IMG/VR virus record: IMGVR_UViG_3300013936_000289
Coordinates: 280,064-344,063 of that record
From: a virus
Taxonomy: Duplodnaviria > Heunggongvirae > Uroviricota > Caudoviricetes
Direction: 5' to 3' (one strand)
Length of the DNA: 64,000 bases
The position numbers and the translations under genes are program-made. Positions 42,853 through 53,262 of the stretch are shown here, piece by piece (position 1 is the stretch's first letter; each line of letters starts with the position of its first letter). The notes beneath the pieces were generated by a model. It ran no database searches and was not told where the DNA came from. It saw only the letters and a list, made by a program, of their open reading frames with translations.

Positions 42853-43509
42853 TTATTTAACCTTAAAATGAAGTTCTTCAATTTCTTCTTCATAAGGTGC
42901 CGATGCCATTTGATACTCTTCAGGAAGATTAATCCAATTAGAATAAAGAATATCACGAGTTTCAAAATAGTTACATTTTGTCTCATAATAATACATCATA
43001 CGAATCTGATGACGTTTATCTTCTGTAAGTTCGCCATCAAATGTATACATTAATGGCTTATGAGTTCCATAATGTGTACGAACAACAAGAATATTCTCTT
43101 TCTTATCTTTATCAACTTCATCCTTATAAGGATTTTCTCCATGTCCATCATATGAATCAAAGATTTCTTTTGCTAAACGCTCACGACTTGTCATCTTCTT
43201 TGTATATGTAAAATTATGAAGATCCAACTTCACAACAGCAGTAAGATAATCCATATTATCTATAATAGCATCTGTCAACTTCTCCGATGATTGAATATCA
43301 TAAGTCTTCAAAAATGAATATAGCTCATTATATGAAAAATGTTTCTTCAATACATTACAAAGAGTAGTAAACAAAAACTGCTGAATACCCTTATAACCCA
43401 AATTATATGTGGTGTTCTTATTATTAAGAGAAATGAACATATTTCTTACATCATTCTCTATCTTAATTGAAGAACTACTTGTACCGTTGAAAATATCAAT
43501 AATATCCAT
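42853..43509 (-). CDS. hypothetical early protein
   Basis: Follows TATCTTTG promoter at 43559-43566. Confidence 0.75.
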   Translation of the reverse strand: MDIIDIFNGTSSSSIKIENDVRNMFISLNNKNTTYNLGYKGIQQFLFTTLCNVLKKHFSYNELYSFLKTYDIQSSEKLTDAIIDNMDYLTAVVKLDLHNFTYTKKMTSRERLAKEIFDSYDGHGENPYKDEVDKDKKENILVVRTHYGTHKPLMYTFDGELTEDKRHQIRMMYYYETKCNYFETRDILYSNWINLPEEYQMASAPYEEEIEELHFKVK

Positions 43510-43558
43510 AATTTTTATTTTTTAATTGTTTGTTACTTTGTTATTTTATTTGTTATTA

Positions 43559-43592
43559 CAAAGATACACACAATTTTTTGAAATAAAAAATA
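43559..43592 (-). promoter_or_regulatory. Bacteroidetes sigma-A-type promoter (TAnnTTTG -7 box); same motif at 2017, 13669, 13790, 16332, 37443 (-) and 48857 (+)
   Basis: TATCTTTG(TA) with a conserved upstream TTTTTxxTTxxAAA tract, always oriented into the downstream gene. Confidence 0.8.
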
Positions 43593-43743
43593 TTTCTAAG
43601 AAAAACTTCAATTTTTCTTCAAAATTCTTAAGAAAAACATAAGAAAACTCGCAAAATTTTCAACTTTTTTCTCAACCAATACATCTATACTGTAACGAAT
43701 GAAAATACTTATTTAAACACGTTATAACGCGCGTACATTATTA

Positions 43744-44514
43744 TTAAATATAAAGGATATGTTGATTCATTATTTTTTCCTTAGAACCTGAAACAGTAGC
43801 GGCACATATACCAGATTTTGACTAACCTAATTTTGTATCGATATTAGCTGCCATCGTCTATAACAATGTCATAAGTTGTGTAGCATTAACAGCGCATGTA
43901 TTAGGTGTTGTTCCTTTTATACGGACAGCAGATGTTCCATTTAATGTTATAACCTTTCCCTCTATATTAACTTCATTACCTGATGTTATATTAATCTACT
44001 ATGGTGCCTATATATAAACCTTACCGTCTGTTAACTATATTTGTACACCTGTTGTCTCGTCAGGACCATAATGAATAGTTATAGTATTATCAGGTGTCAT
44101 CTACATATAAGAACCTTTATAATATAAAGCTAAACCAGAACCTGGTTGAAACTTAATAGACAAATCATATTCCGAGTCATAAAGAAGAACCTATGAACCT
44201 GCATAATCAGACGCCAATTCCTCTGAAAGTTTTCTGTCCAATGTATTTGTTCCATACCATTCCATGGAGTTTACATCATCCTATGCAAATCTAACTCTTA
44301 CCTTTGTTCCTACACGTGGTATAGAAATCTATCCACCACCTGAACCTGAAAACATACCACTTCCCGCGTAATTACACCATGGTAAATTCTCTGTTGATAT
44401 GTTATCATGTAAACCTGCAACCCTAACTTTTACTCTTCCTGAACATGTTGGATCATCAATAGACTCAACTACACCAGTTTTTACCTTTTTTGTATTATTT
44501 TTACTATCTGCCAT
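43744..44514 (-). CDS. baseplate spike/hub protein (gp5/Vgr OB-fold), 256 aa (code 15)
   Basis: GVVESIDDPTCSGRVKVRV.GLH...LPWC...(Q)ISIPRVGTKVRVRF; open across TAGs to TAA 43744. Confidence 0.85.
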
Positions 44515-44519
44515 ATATC

Positions 44520-45180
44520 TAAATTATTTAGTTTCAATTAATTATAAACTTTTTTCAATTTTTATTAAAAATATTTCTTAAAAATGTAGACTTTTTCTTC
44601 AAAAGTAAGTAAAATAAATACTGGTATTTTGAGAATCTAAGATATTTAAGAAATTATATAAAGAAATTTAGTTTAAAATTAATTTTTATATTTATTTTTA
44701 ATATTTAGTAAGGTAAGTCATGGAAAATTGTAAAAATATTTTATTTTAATTAAATATTATTTAGAATTTGTATAAATTAATAAAAATTATATATTGATTA
44801 TCAATAAGTTATAAATTATTTTTAAAAATTATTAAAAATATTTAAACAAAAAGTAGACTTTTTTTGAAAAGTGAAGTATAATTAATATTAAGATATTAAG
44901 GTAATGATAGATATTTAAGAAATTAAATAAAGAAAATTAAATTTAGATTTGAAAAATTAATTTCTTTTTGGTTCTTTTTCTTTGCCTACTTTCTTTTTGA
45001 ACATAGATTTTTAGAGAGATAAATATTATAGGATCAATTTTTATTTAAGTTTAATTTATGATTTCTTTTTGAAAACTTTTTCTTTGACTCTTTCTTTTTA
45101 TTGATTGAAATTCTTTTTGAGAATAAAACTTTATTTTTATTAAATGATATAATATATAAAGTATTATTATAAACTTTTGA
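44520..45180. other. divergent AT-rich intergenic region with ~270-bp-spaced duplication; candidate replication origin/regulatory hub
   Basis: Gene-strand switch; GTAGACTTTT and AGATATTTAAGAAATTA each occur twice about 268 bp apart. Confidence 0.4.
44854..44882 (+). promoter_or_regulatory. sigma70-like phage promoter TA(G/A)ACT-N17-TATAAT; also 6624-6652 (-), 12434-12462 (-), 60680-60708 (+)
   Basis: Exact 17-bp spacing in all four counted copies. Confidence 0.7.
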
Positions 45181-45183
45181 TTT

Positions 45184-45714
45184 ATGGATAAAGAAAATGA
45201 AGTAGTAACAGAAAATAATAATTCTATAGATAATAATCAAGTTCAACAAACTAATCAGAATAATAATGTTAATTCACAACAAAATTCATTGGAAAATTCA
45301 TTGAGTAATCTTCAAGATAAGTGGACAGATATTATTAAGAATTTAAATGAACGAATGAAAGATTTGAAATCTATTGATGGTTTGATGAATGAAGTTTATT
45401 TAAAGAGACAAGAAGCAATAGACTTATTTTATGGAACAGCAAAGATATTACAAAAGCAAACGAGAGATTATAAGTCTAAAGCATCAGGAATTTATTTAGC
45501 TTTAAAATCAGGTTCATCTGGAATTAGATATACGAATGAAAGTGCTATTAATTTACAGATTGAATCTCAGTTATCAGCAGAAAAAGAATCAGTTGATTTA
45601 TTGGATAATTTCTGTAAATATATGAAAGATACCATCTCAACTATTGATAATATTATTTACGGTATAAACAATAAGATTAAAGTTTTTGAAATGATACATG
45701 GTTTAAAATTTTAA
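45184..45714 (+). CDS. UvsY-like recombination mediator (tentative)
   Basis: Helical C-terminus LLDNFCKYMKDTISTIDNIIYGINNKIKVF recalls UvsY. Confidence 0.5.
   Translation: MDKENEVVTENNNSIDNNQVQQTNQNNNVNSQQNSLENSLSNLQDKWTDIIKNLNERMKDLKSIDGLMNEVYLKRQEAIDLFYGTAKILQKQTRDYKSKASGIYLALKSGSSGIRYTNESAINLQIESQLSAEKESVDLLDNFCKYMKDTISTIDNIIYGINNKIKVFEMIHGLKF
45661..45714 (+). repeat. 54-bp imperfect direct repeat, copy 1 (copy 2 at 47006-47059)
   Basis: 49/54 identical; all 5 differences are synonymous third positions; both encode GINNKIKVFEMIHGLKF*. Confidence 0.95.
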
Positions 45715-45722
45715 AAAATATT

Positions 45723-46856
45723 ATGTTAAAATATATTAAAATACGAATATATCCTGATAATGTTTAGAAAGAATTTATTTCTAAACAGTTAGGTTGTTGT
45801 AGACTTATATATAATAAATTATTGGATTATAAGAAGTCATAGTATGAGTAGAATAAACAAGTTGTATCATGGACACAATTAGGTAAATATTTGACTAATT
45901 TAAAAAAACAAGATGAATATACTTTTTTAAATGATGTATATGCTATGTGTTTATAGCAATCAATGTAGGATTTAATTAAAGCATATGATAATTTCTTTAA
46001 ATTACATAATGGTTATCCTAAATTCAAATCAAAGAAAGATATTAAGCAAAGTTGTAGATTTACAAGAACTATATTTAAATTTAAAAAGAAGAAAATTAAT
46101 GGTAATAGGATAACATTAATTAAATAGTTAAAGAATATATTATTTAAATGTTCTAAAAAAGATGAAATATATTTAAATCATAATCAAAATAAAATACATT
46201 CAATTACGCTTATTAAAACTTCTACAGAAAAATATTATTTGTTTATTTTAATATATTATAATATTATACAAAAAGAAAAATTAGATACCGTAATAGGTTT
46301 AGATTTAGGAATAAAAGATTTTATCGTTGATTCTAATGGAAATAGATATGAAAATAAACATTTCTATAGAAATCAAGAAAAGAAATTAAAGAAATTATAG
46401 AGGTTGTTAAGTAAGAAATAGAAAGGAAGTAATAATCGGAATAAAGTTAGAATTAAAATTGCAAAAGTTCATGAGAAAATAAAAAATTAGAGAAATACAT
46501 ATTTACATCAAATCACTTCAAAACTAGTTAATGAAAATCAAGTTATCTGTATTGAAGATTTAAATGTAAATGGAATGATGTCTAATCATAAACTTGCTAA
46601 ATCTATTCAAGAGTTATCTTTATTTGAATTTAGAAAATAGTTAGAATATAAATGTAGATGGTATGGAAAATAGCTGGTTATAATAAATAGATTCTATCCT
46701 TCATCTAAAACTTGCCATAATTGTAGACATATTTATAAAGATTTAAAATTAAGTTAGAGAGAATGGATATGTCCACATTGTGGTAAAGAGATTGATAGAG
46801 ATTATAATGCTTCATTAAATATTTTAGCAGAAGGATTAAAACAAATAAATTATTAA
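45723..46856 (+). CDS. tnpB: TnpB RNA-guided endonuclease (IS200/IS605 OrfB), 377 aa (code 15)
   Basis: [10 protein letters not shown] (RuvC-I D), IEDLNV (E), CHNC/CPHC Zn finger, DRDYNAS (D); 12 TAGs, several at conserved Gln positions. Confidence 0.92.
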
Positions 46857-47025
46857 AATATAATAGGTGTATATTTACCCGAATTTACGCTTGCGGAGAT
46901 ACCAACTATGGATGACTAAATCATTACTAATGATTATACTAAAAAGTAGAGTGTCTATGAAACAAGAAATAATTGTTTATATATTAGTATATAAACACAA
47001 ATATTGGCATAAATAATAAGATTAA
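46857..47025 (+). ncRNA. putative TnpB omega-RNA (scaffold to 47005 plus guide from 47006)
   Basis: Directly 3' of tnpB, locally GC-richer, terminal hairpin TGTTTATATA-TTAG-TATATAAACA, followed by the duplicated target sequence. Confidence 0.6.
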
Positions 47026-47059
47026 GGTTTTTGAAATGATACATGGTTTGAAGTTTTAA
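47006..47059 (+). repeat. 54-bp imperfect direct repeat, copy 2
   Basis: GGCATAAATAATAAGATTAAGGTTTTTGAAATGATACATGGTTTGAAGTTTTAA. Confidence 0.95.
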
Positions 47060-47083
47060 TGAAATTATATTAAATAGAAAAGT

Positions 47084-47132
47084 AAAGAGATTAATAAGCA
47101 ATAAACAAAACTTATTAATCTCTTTTTTATTT
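47084..47132 (+). terminator. Rho-independent terminator
   Basis: AAGAGATTAATAAG...CTTATTAATCTCTT followed by a T run. Confidence 0.7.
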
Positions 47133-47575
47133 TATGAAAATTATTATTTAATAAAATTCTCTCTGTATCACATTATTTTTAATTAAGACTAATAACTATA
47201 AGGTAAAGAGATTTTGACGCGATGCAGGAGAGATATTGTATCAAATTTCGAGTTTTATGTTTTATTAGTTATTATCACAATAATTTAACATTACATGCAT
47301 TACCATATTTTCCATAAGGATTTACTGAGCATGCTTTTTGCATAGCGGTGAAAAACTTAATATTTTCCTTAGGAATTAAGACTGGACAATTATCAACATA
47401 ATAACCACCATCCTAACCAATTTTACCTTTTATATTTTTATTTTTAACTGAAGACTTTTTAATAGTTTTCATATATTAATTAACCGGTTATTTTTATTAT
47501 TTATAAATGTAAACAATAACCTAATAATATAATATAATATTTGTTGTTATTTAAGATTTTAGTTTTAATTAATAT

Positions 47576-48832
47576 ATGGCAGAAAAAAAGAAAGATACAA
47601 ATAAAAAAGAAAATAAGTGTTCATTTTGTGGTAAGACGAAAGACCAAGTTGCATTACTTTTTAATGGTGAATATGGAAGTATTTGTAATGAATGTTGTGA
47701 CCAGATTTACAATATGAATTTGAGTATAGTAAATCATAATACACAGTTTTTACCACCAGATGATAATTTTCATAAGGATGATGTAAAAAAACCTACAGAG
47801 ATTAAAGAATTTTTGGATCAATATGTAATTGGTCAGGATAAAGCGAAACAAAGGTTAGCAGTTGCAGTTTATAATCATTATAAGAGAATTAAACAAAAAG
47901 GATTTGATGATGTAGAGATTGAGAAGAGTAACTGTATACTTTTGGGAGACACTGGTACTGGTAAAACACTTTTGGTTAAGTCTATTGCTAAAATGTTAGA
48001 TGTACCAATTAGTATAGTGGATTCTAATTCTATCACCGAAGCAGGATACGTTGGTGATGATGTTGAGACTGCAATCACAAGACTTCTCCAAGCATGTGAT
48101 TATGATGTTAAGAAAGCAGAACACGGAATAGTATTTCTTGATGAGATTGATAAGATTGCAAGGAAATCCGGAGGAAATCCATCTATAACAAGAGATGTTT
48201 CAGGTGAAGGCGTTCAACAAGCATTACTTAAAATAATTGAAGGTTCTGTTGTAAATGTTCCTCCAAAGGGAGGAAGAAAACACCCGGATGCTAAAATGGT
48301 AGAGGTTGATACAAAAAATATTTTATTTATTTGTGGTGGTGCTTTTGTTGGTTTGAATAAAATTATAGAGAGACGAGTTAATAAATCTACATTAGGATTT
48401 GTATCAAAGGATAAGAAATATTTTTCTGATAATAAAGAAAACATATTTAAATATGTAAATGCGGAAGATTTAAAGAATTATGGTTTGATTCCTGAATTAA
48501 TTGGTAGACTTCCTATTATTACATATCTTAATCCTTTAACTGAAGATGATTTGAAGAGAATTCTTACAGAACCGAAAAATGCTATTATTAAACAATTTAA
48601 GAAGTTGTTTAAATTAGATGGTATTGAACTTATAATAGATGATGAAGTTTATGATTATATAGTTAAGTTATCCATTAAGAATAAATTAGGCGCTAGGGGG
48701 TTAAGAGGAATAGTAGAGAATCTTATGGATGATGCAATGTATAATTTACCGGCGTCTAATGAAAAAGAATTTCATATAACTATAGAATATGCGAAAGAAA
48801 AATTAAAAGATTATGAAAATTCTTATGAATAA
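47576..48832 (+). CDS. clpX: ATP-dependent Clp protease ATPase ClpX
   Basis: CSFCGK..CNECC Zn domain, [36 protein letters not shown]. Confidence 0.97.
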   Translation: MAEKKKDTNKKENKCSFCGKTKDQVALLFNGEYGSICNECCDQIYNMNLSIVNHNTQFLPPDDNFHKDDVKKPTEIKEFLDQYVIGQDKAKQRLAVAVYNHYKRIKQKGFDDVEIEKSNCILLGDTGTGKTLLVKSIAKMLDVPISIVDSNSITEAGYVGDDVETAITRLLQACDYDVKKAEHGIVFLDEIDKIARKSGGNPSITRDVSGEGVQQALLKIIEGSVVNVPPKGGRKHPDAKMVEVDTKNILFICGGAFVGLNKIIERRVNKSTLGFVSKDKKYFSDNKENIFKYVNAEDLKNYGLIPELIGRLPIITYLNPLTEDDLKRILTEPKNAIIKQFKKLFKLDGIELIIDDEVYDYIVKLSIKNKLGARGLRGIVENLMDDAMYNLPASNEKEFHITIEYAKEKLKDYENSYE

Positions 48833-48911
48833 TTTTTTATTTTGGAAATAATTGTGTATCTTTGTATTGTTAATAAACAAATAAGTTGAACAATTAAAAA
48901 GATATACAATT

Positions 48912-49274
48912 ATGAATAAATGGATTAAAACTTCAGAATATGTTAATAAAATGTCTACTGTAAAAATGTATCTAGGCTTACAGAAAGGCTTTGGAGGTGT
49001 TACTATTGTTTCTGGTAATACTAGTAAAGATTATATTATTGATCATTTTGATGCTATTTGTCCTATTCCAGTAGAAGGTATGTCTGAATTTAGAAAGGAT
49101 ACTCATAATTATGGTGAATCAACAATGGTATCTGTTTCATCTCTTAAAGTAGGTGATAAAATCTATTATAATTATGAAGTTTTAACAGTTAAGAAAATTC
49201 AAGATAATAAGATTGAGTTTGATGTACAAGGAATTGTAATTGATGATTTATCACTTGTAGTAGAGAAACTTTAA
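48912..49274 (+). CDS. hypothetical early protein
   Basis: Follows TATCTTTG promoter at 48857-48864. Confidence 0.75.
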   Translation: MNKWIKTSEYVNKMSTVKMYLGLQKGFGGVTIVSGNTSKDYIIDHFDAICPIPVEGMSEFRKDTHNYGESTMVSVSSLKVGDKIYYNYEVLTVKKIQDNKIEFDVQGIVIDDLSLVVEKL

Positions 49275-49284
49275 TAATAAAATT

Positions 49285-49554
49285 ATGGAATTTTATAATA
49301 TTAATAATAAAAAAACGTTAATCAACAATAAGATGAATACAGATAATATTGTTAGAAGTATTTCAGATATTAAAGAAATTAATGGTGTATTTGAAATTCA
49401 TCCATGTGGTGATGAGACAGTATCTGGGTTTATTAAATCAGAAAATGGAAAGTTAACAGATTTTTCTGATGGAAAAGAATATACAGATTATGATATTGCT
49501 TCTATTGAAGGATTTGAAGAAGAAGGAAATGTATTTTATAAAAAAGTAATGTAA
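49285..49554 (+). CDS. hypothetical protein
   Basis: ORF track 89 aa. Confidence 0.65.
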   Translation: MEFYNINNKKTLINNKMNTDNIVRSISDIKEINGVFEIHPCGDETVSGFIKSENGKLTDFSDGKEYTDYDIASIEGFEEEGNVFYKKVM

Positions 49555-49727
49555 AATGAATAGAAGTTATAATACTATAAATTATTCTACTATATGTATG
49601 GATAAAATAGATTTTAGAAAAGTAAAACCATCATTAAATAATATATCAACAAATGGTTTTACATATGAAGATATTCATACATTAGTTTATGGTAATTAAT
49701 AATAAATTTAACAAATAATTTAGAAAA

Positions 49728-50273
49728 ATGAAAAAGATTGCAATTATTATTGTTTCAATTATTATTGGAATTTTTGTAATTTCTGGAGTATCAATGTATT
49801 TCTCTTATAATAATCAGGAGATTTCATTGAGAAATGAAGCTGAAGCACAGAGAGGTAAGATTGAAGGCATGCATGATCGTATGTGGAAAACTATTTCTCA
49901 ACAAGCACAAATTAGTGATAAGTATGCAGAGAGTTTTGATAGTATTTATACACATATTATGAGTGAACGTTATGATGCAAATGATGGCTCACTTATGAAG
50001 TGGATTACCGAGGCAAATCCTCAATTTGATTCATCTCTCTATAAGAATATTATGGAAAGTGTTGAAGTATTGAGAAGTGAGTTTCAGAAGAGTCAGGAAC
50101 GAATGCTTGATATTGTAAGAGAACATAAAGATTTGTGTGCACGTTATCCTGGTAGATGGTTTATCAGTAATACATCGGATATTGAATATACTGTAGTTTC
50201 ATCAAGTAAATCAAAAGCTGTTATGGAAACAGGAATTGATAATGATATAGATATTTTTAAGAATAAGAAATAA
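49728..50273 (+). CDS. LemA-like membrane-anchored protein
   Basis: N-terminal TM helix followed by YNN.ISL coiled segment, ...YPGRWF. Confidence 0.65.
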   Translation: MKKIAIIIVSIIIGIFVISGVSMYFSYNNQEISLRNEAEAQRGKIEGMHDRMWKTISQQAQISDKYAESFDSIYTHIMSERYDANDGSLMKWITEANPQFDSSLYKNIMESVEVLRSEFQKSQERMLDIVREHKDLCARYPGRWFISNTSDIEYTVVSSSKSKAVMETGIDNDIDIFKNKK

Positions 50274-50359
50274 TTATATTAATAATATTAAATGGATATT
50301 ACAAAATACTATCCATTTTTTATAATAAATATAAAAAATAATTTTTTGATTTTCAAAAT

Positions 50360-53152
50360 ATGGTAAAAACTAAGTTAAATATACCTGCTACTCTTGTACA
50401 TTGTGTAAATGGTACATAGTATAAGATTAACGGTATTCTTTTATCGATTAACGAGTCTAACGATACTTGTTCAATGTGTTTTGATGATAATTACACAGAG
50501 AACAATATTCCATTAAATAAGATTTTAATTAATGAAGGTTTCTTAGATAAGATTAAGGAATACGGAAAGAAAGTAGCTTCATATATTACAGATAAAGTAA
50601 AGGGATTTATTGCACTTATTGATGAGACAACAGATGCTGTTATTAATTGGTCTCTTAATAATGTCGGTAATCTTGCTATCATGGCATAGAAACATCAATT
50701 ACCTAAAGGTGTTTATTTCGCGCCATCTGCTTCTCTTAAATCTACCGCTGGAGTTGGTGGGTTATCTATTGATCAAGCATTCGCAGAAGGTATTGCTAAT
50801 GATAAGAAAAATATTGTTAATTATTGGAGTCGTGTTATTAAGCGTGCTGGTACAACAGATGAGACTATCACAGAATCTATTAAGTATGTAAATGAAACAT
50901 ATTATAAAGAATCTAAATTACATAAGGCTTTGAATGAAGCAGTTTATTCATATGATGCAGTAAAGGACAGTAAAGGGTTTAGTCATTTCGGCGTCGCTGT
51001 TAATTCAAAACAATTAATCGCCAAGCTTAAGACTAATATTAAGAATCAAATTTCTGGGCCTCTTGGCGGACACTCAGATGTTGTACCATTCCTTATTTGG
51101 GGTGCTCCAGGTATTGGTAAAACTGCAATTATTAAGCAAACTATCAAAGATATGGCTAATGCTAAATATAAGGCAATTAACTTGAATCTTGAAGTTATTA
51201 TGCTTGCTGGCTATACTATTGAAAACTGGACATTACCTCGTGACTCTACACGTGAAATTGATTATGGTGTAGAACTTGGTTAGAAGAGAGATAGAACAAG
51301 TGTTCCTAAGAAATATAAGAGAGAAGGATTTACTGATACTCCTAAGAACTGGCTTCCAGTATATCTTAATACTTCTGATCCAGAGGAAAAGAAACGTCGC
51401 GATTATTTCTGTAATACATGTAAGTTCCTTGCAACTGATGATGATGGTGAAATCACTGCATCTAACGGACATCCATTTGAAGGTGGTGTTGTATTTATGG
51501 ATGAATATTCACGTGTTGAACCTAATGTTCAGAATATTATCATGGGTATCGTAAATGATCATAAGTTTGGTGATAATTATGTTGTTGCATCTAAATGGGG
51601 ATTTGTTCTTGCTTCTAATAGATCTATTGATGAAGGTGAAGCAGATTCAGAAGATAAGAGATATTTCCCAACTGCTGCGCAGACAAACCGTTTTATCCAT
51701 TATACATATGTTCCTTCTAAGGACGAATGGATTACTTGGGCACGTTCAGTTGATCCATTGACACATGAGGCAAATGTACCTCCATTTATTGTAGACTTCA
51801 TTGAAGCATCTCCTGATTATGTATGGTATTCTACTATTGCAAACGGTGGTTATGATGATATGCTTGAGAATCCAGAGGCAGATAAGAGAGCACATGAAAA
51901 TGATAAAGATTCTTTATCATCTATTCAGGATGTTCTTAATTAGGAAGTTATTCTTCGTACTAAGAGAATGGTTACTCCTCGTACATGGGCTAATACAGTA
52001 GGTCCATTCTATAAGAATGAATTAATTGAATTATTTGATGAAAATCCTGATGGTATTTCAGGTAAAGAATATTATCAGAAATTAATTGATCAATCTGTAG
52101 AAGAAAAGACTGATGATGAAGGTAATACATACAAGGAATATTATGGTGGTATTCTTCCTAATGTTCTTCAAGATGCATTGAATGGTCTTGATGATGATTA
52201 TTGGGATTATTGGGTAGAAGAACATGGTGGTATTGATGACTTAGATCCTGCTGGAACTGCAACAGGTATTCGTGGACGTTATAATATCTTCATGAATTAT
52301 TTCACTGATAACATGAGAGATATGGTTGGTGATGATACAGGTACAAATGGTGCTACAGCAACCGGTCCTGTTATGAGTGCATGGAAAACATATAATGAAT
52401 ATGCTAAGGTATTTACACCAGATGTTATGGATACTATTTGGGAAACTGGTAGTATGCCTAAGGAATATCAAGATGATGATGATAGAAAACCATTATCTGT
52501 TGATCAATATGCAACTTCGGAATATTCTAAGTGGAAGTGTATTTCTAGTATTGCAAAGGAATTACCAATGCAAGTATTCGCATCTTATCCAGGTAATCTT
52601 GAAGATGATGTTGCAGCAGATTTGAAAGCATTAAAGAAAGCAAAACCAATGTCAGATTCTGATGTTGCTGCTGAAGCACAGAATCTTATCAAGGAATATT
52701 CATTTAATATTAATGGTAAATCTATTAATTTGTTATTTGATGAGAATGAATTAGCAGATATGGATACATTACGTAATAAGGTTAATTCATTGGTTAATTC
52801 TCGTGTTGCTCAACTTTATGCACATTTTGCATCATGGATTGCTAAGATTAGTATTCAAACGGAAATTGGTAGTATCGCTCATAATATGAATACAACATTG
52901 TTTGATAGTATTAATAATATTGATACAGATCTTCGTAAGGAATTCATTAATACAGTAGCTATTAGAAAGACAAAAATTGCGTTAGAGAATGCTAGACAAT
53001 AGAAATCTTCTGATCTTAAATCTATTGCACATGAAAATCAAGTAGAAGAATCTAAAGTTCCAATTTTACCTGCGATGAATATTTTGGCAAGATCTGAATC
53101 TTATGAATTTAATAAGACTCGTTCAAACGCTAAATCACGAGCAAAGAAATAA
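50360..53152 (+). CDS. MoxR-like AAA+ ATPase, 930 aa (code 15)
   Basis: Four ORF pieces in one frame; WGAPGIGKT Walker A, VFMDE Walker B, LASNR, NRFIH. Confidence 0.85.
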
Positions 53153-53174
53153 TGTTAGATAAATAAACAATATA

Positions 53175-53225
53175 TAAAGAGAGTGAGTATAATTTATTAG
53201 AATTATATTCACTCTTTTCTTTTTA
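53175..53225 (+). terminator. Rho-independent terminator between AAA and vWA genes
   Basis: GAGAGTGAGTATAAT...ATTATATTCACTCTTTTC. Confidence 0.6.
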
Positions 53226-53262
53226 CAATAAATAATAAAAAGAATTTTTAACGTATTTTAAT

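Noticed and set aside
45661-47059. 54-bp repeat as an ordinary target-site duplication or assembly artefact
   Set aside because: Too long for a TSD, IS605 elements make none, and the five differences are all synonymous, which an artefact would not produce
47275-47472. 65-aa minus-strand ORF (MKTIKKSS...DGGYYVDNCP)
   Set aside because: Short, no recognisable family, ends abruptly; not supportable beyond a possible small gene or remnant
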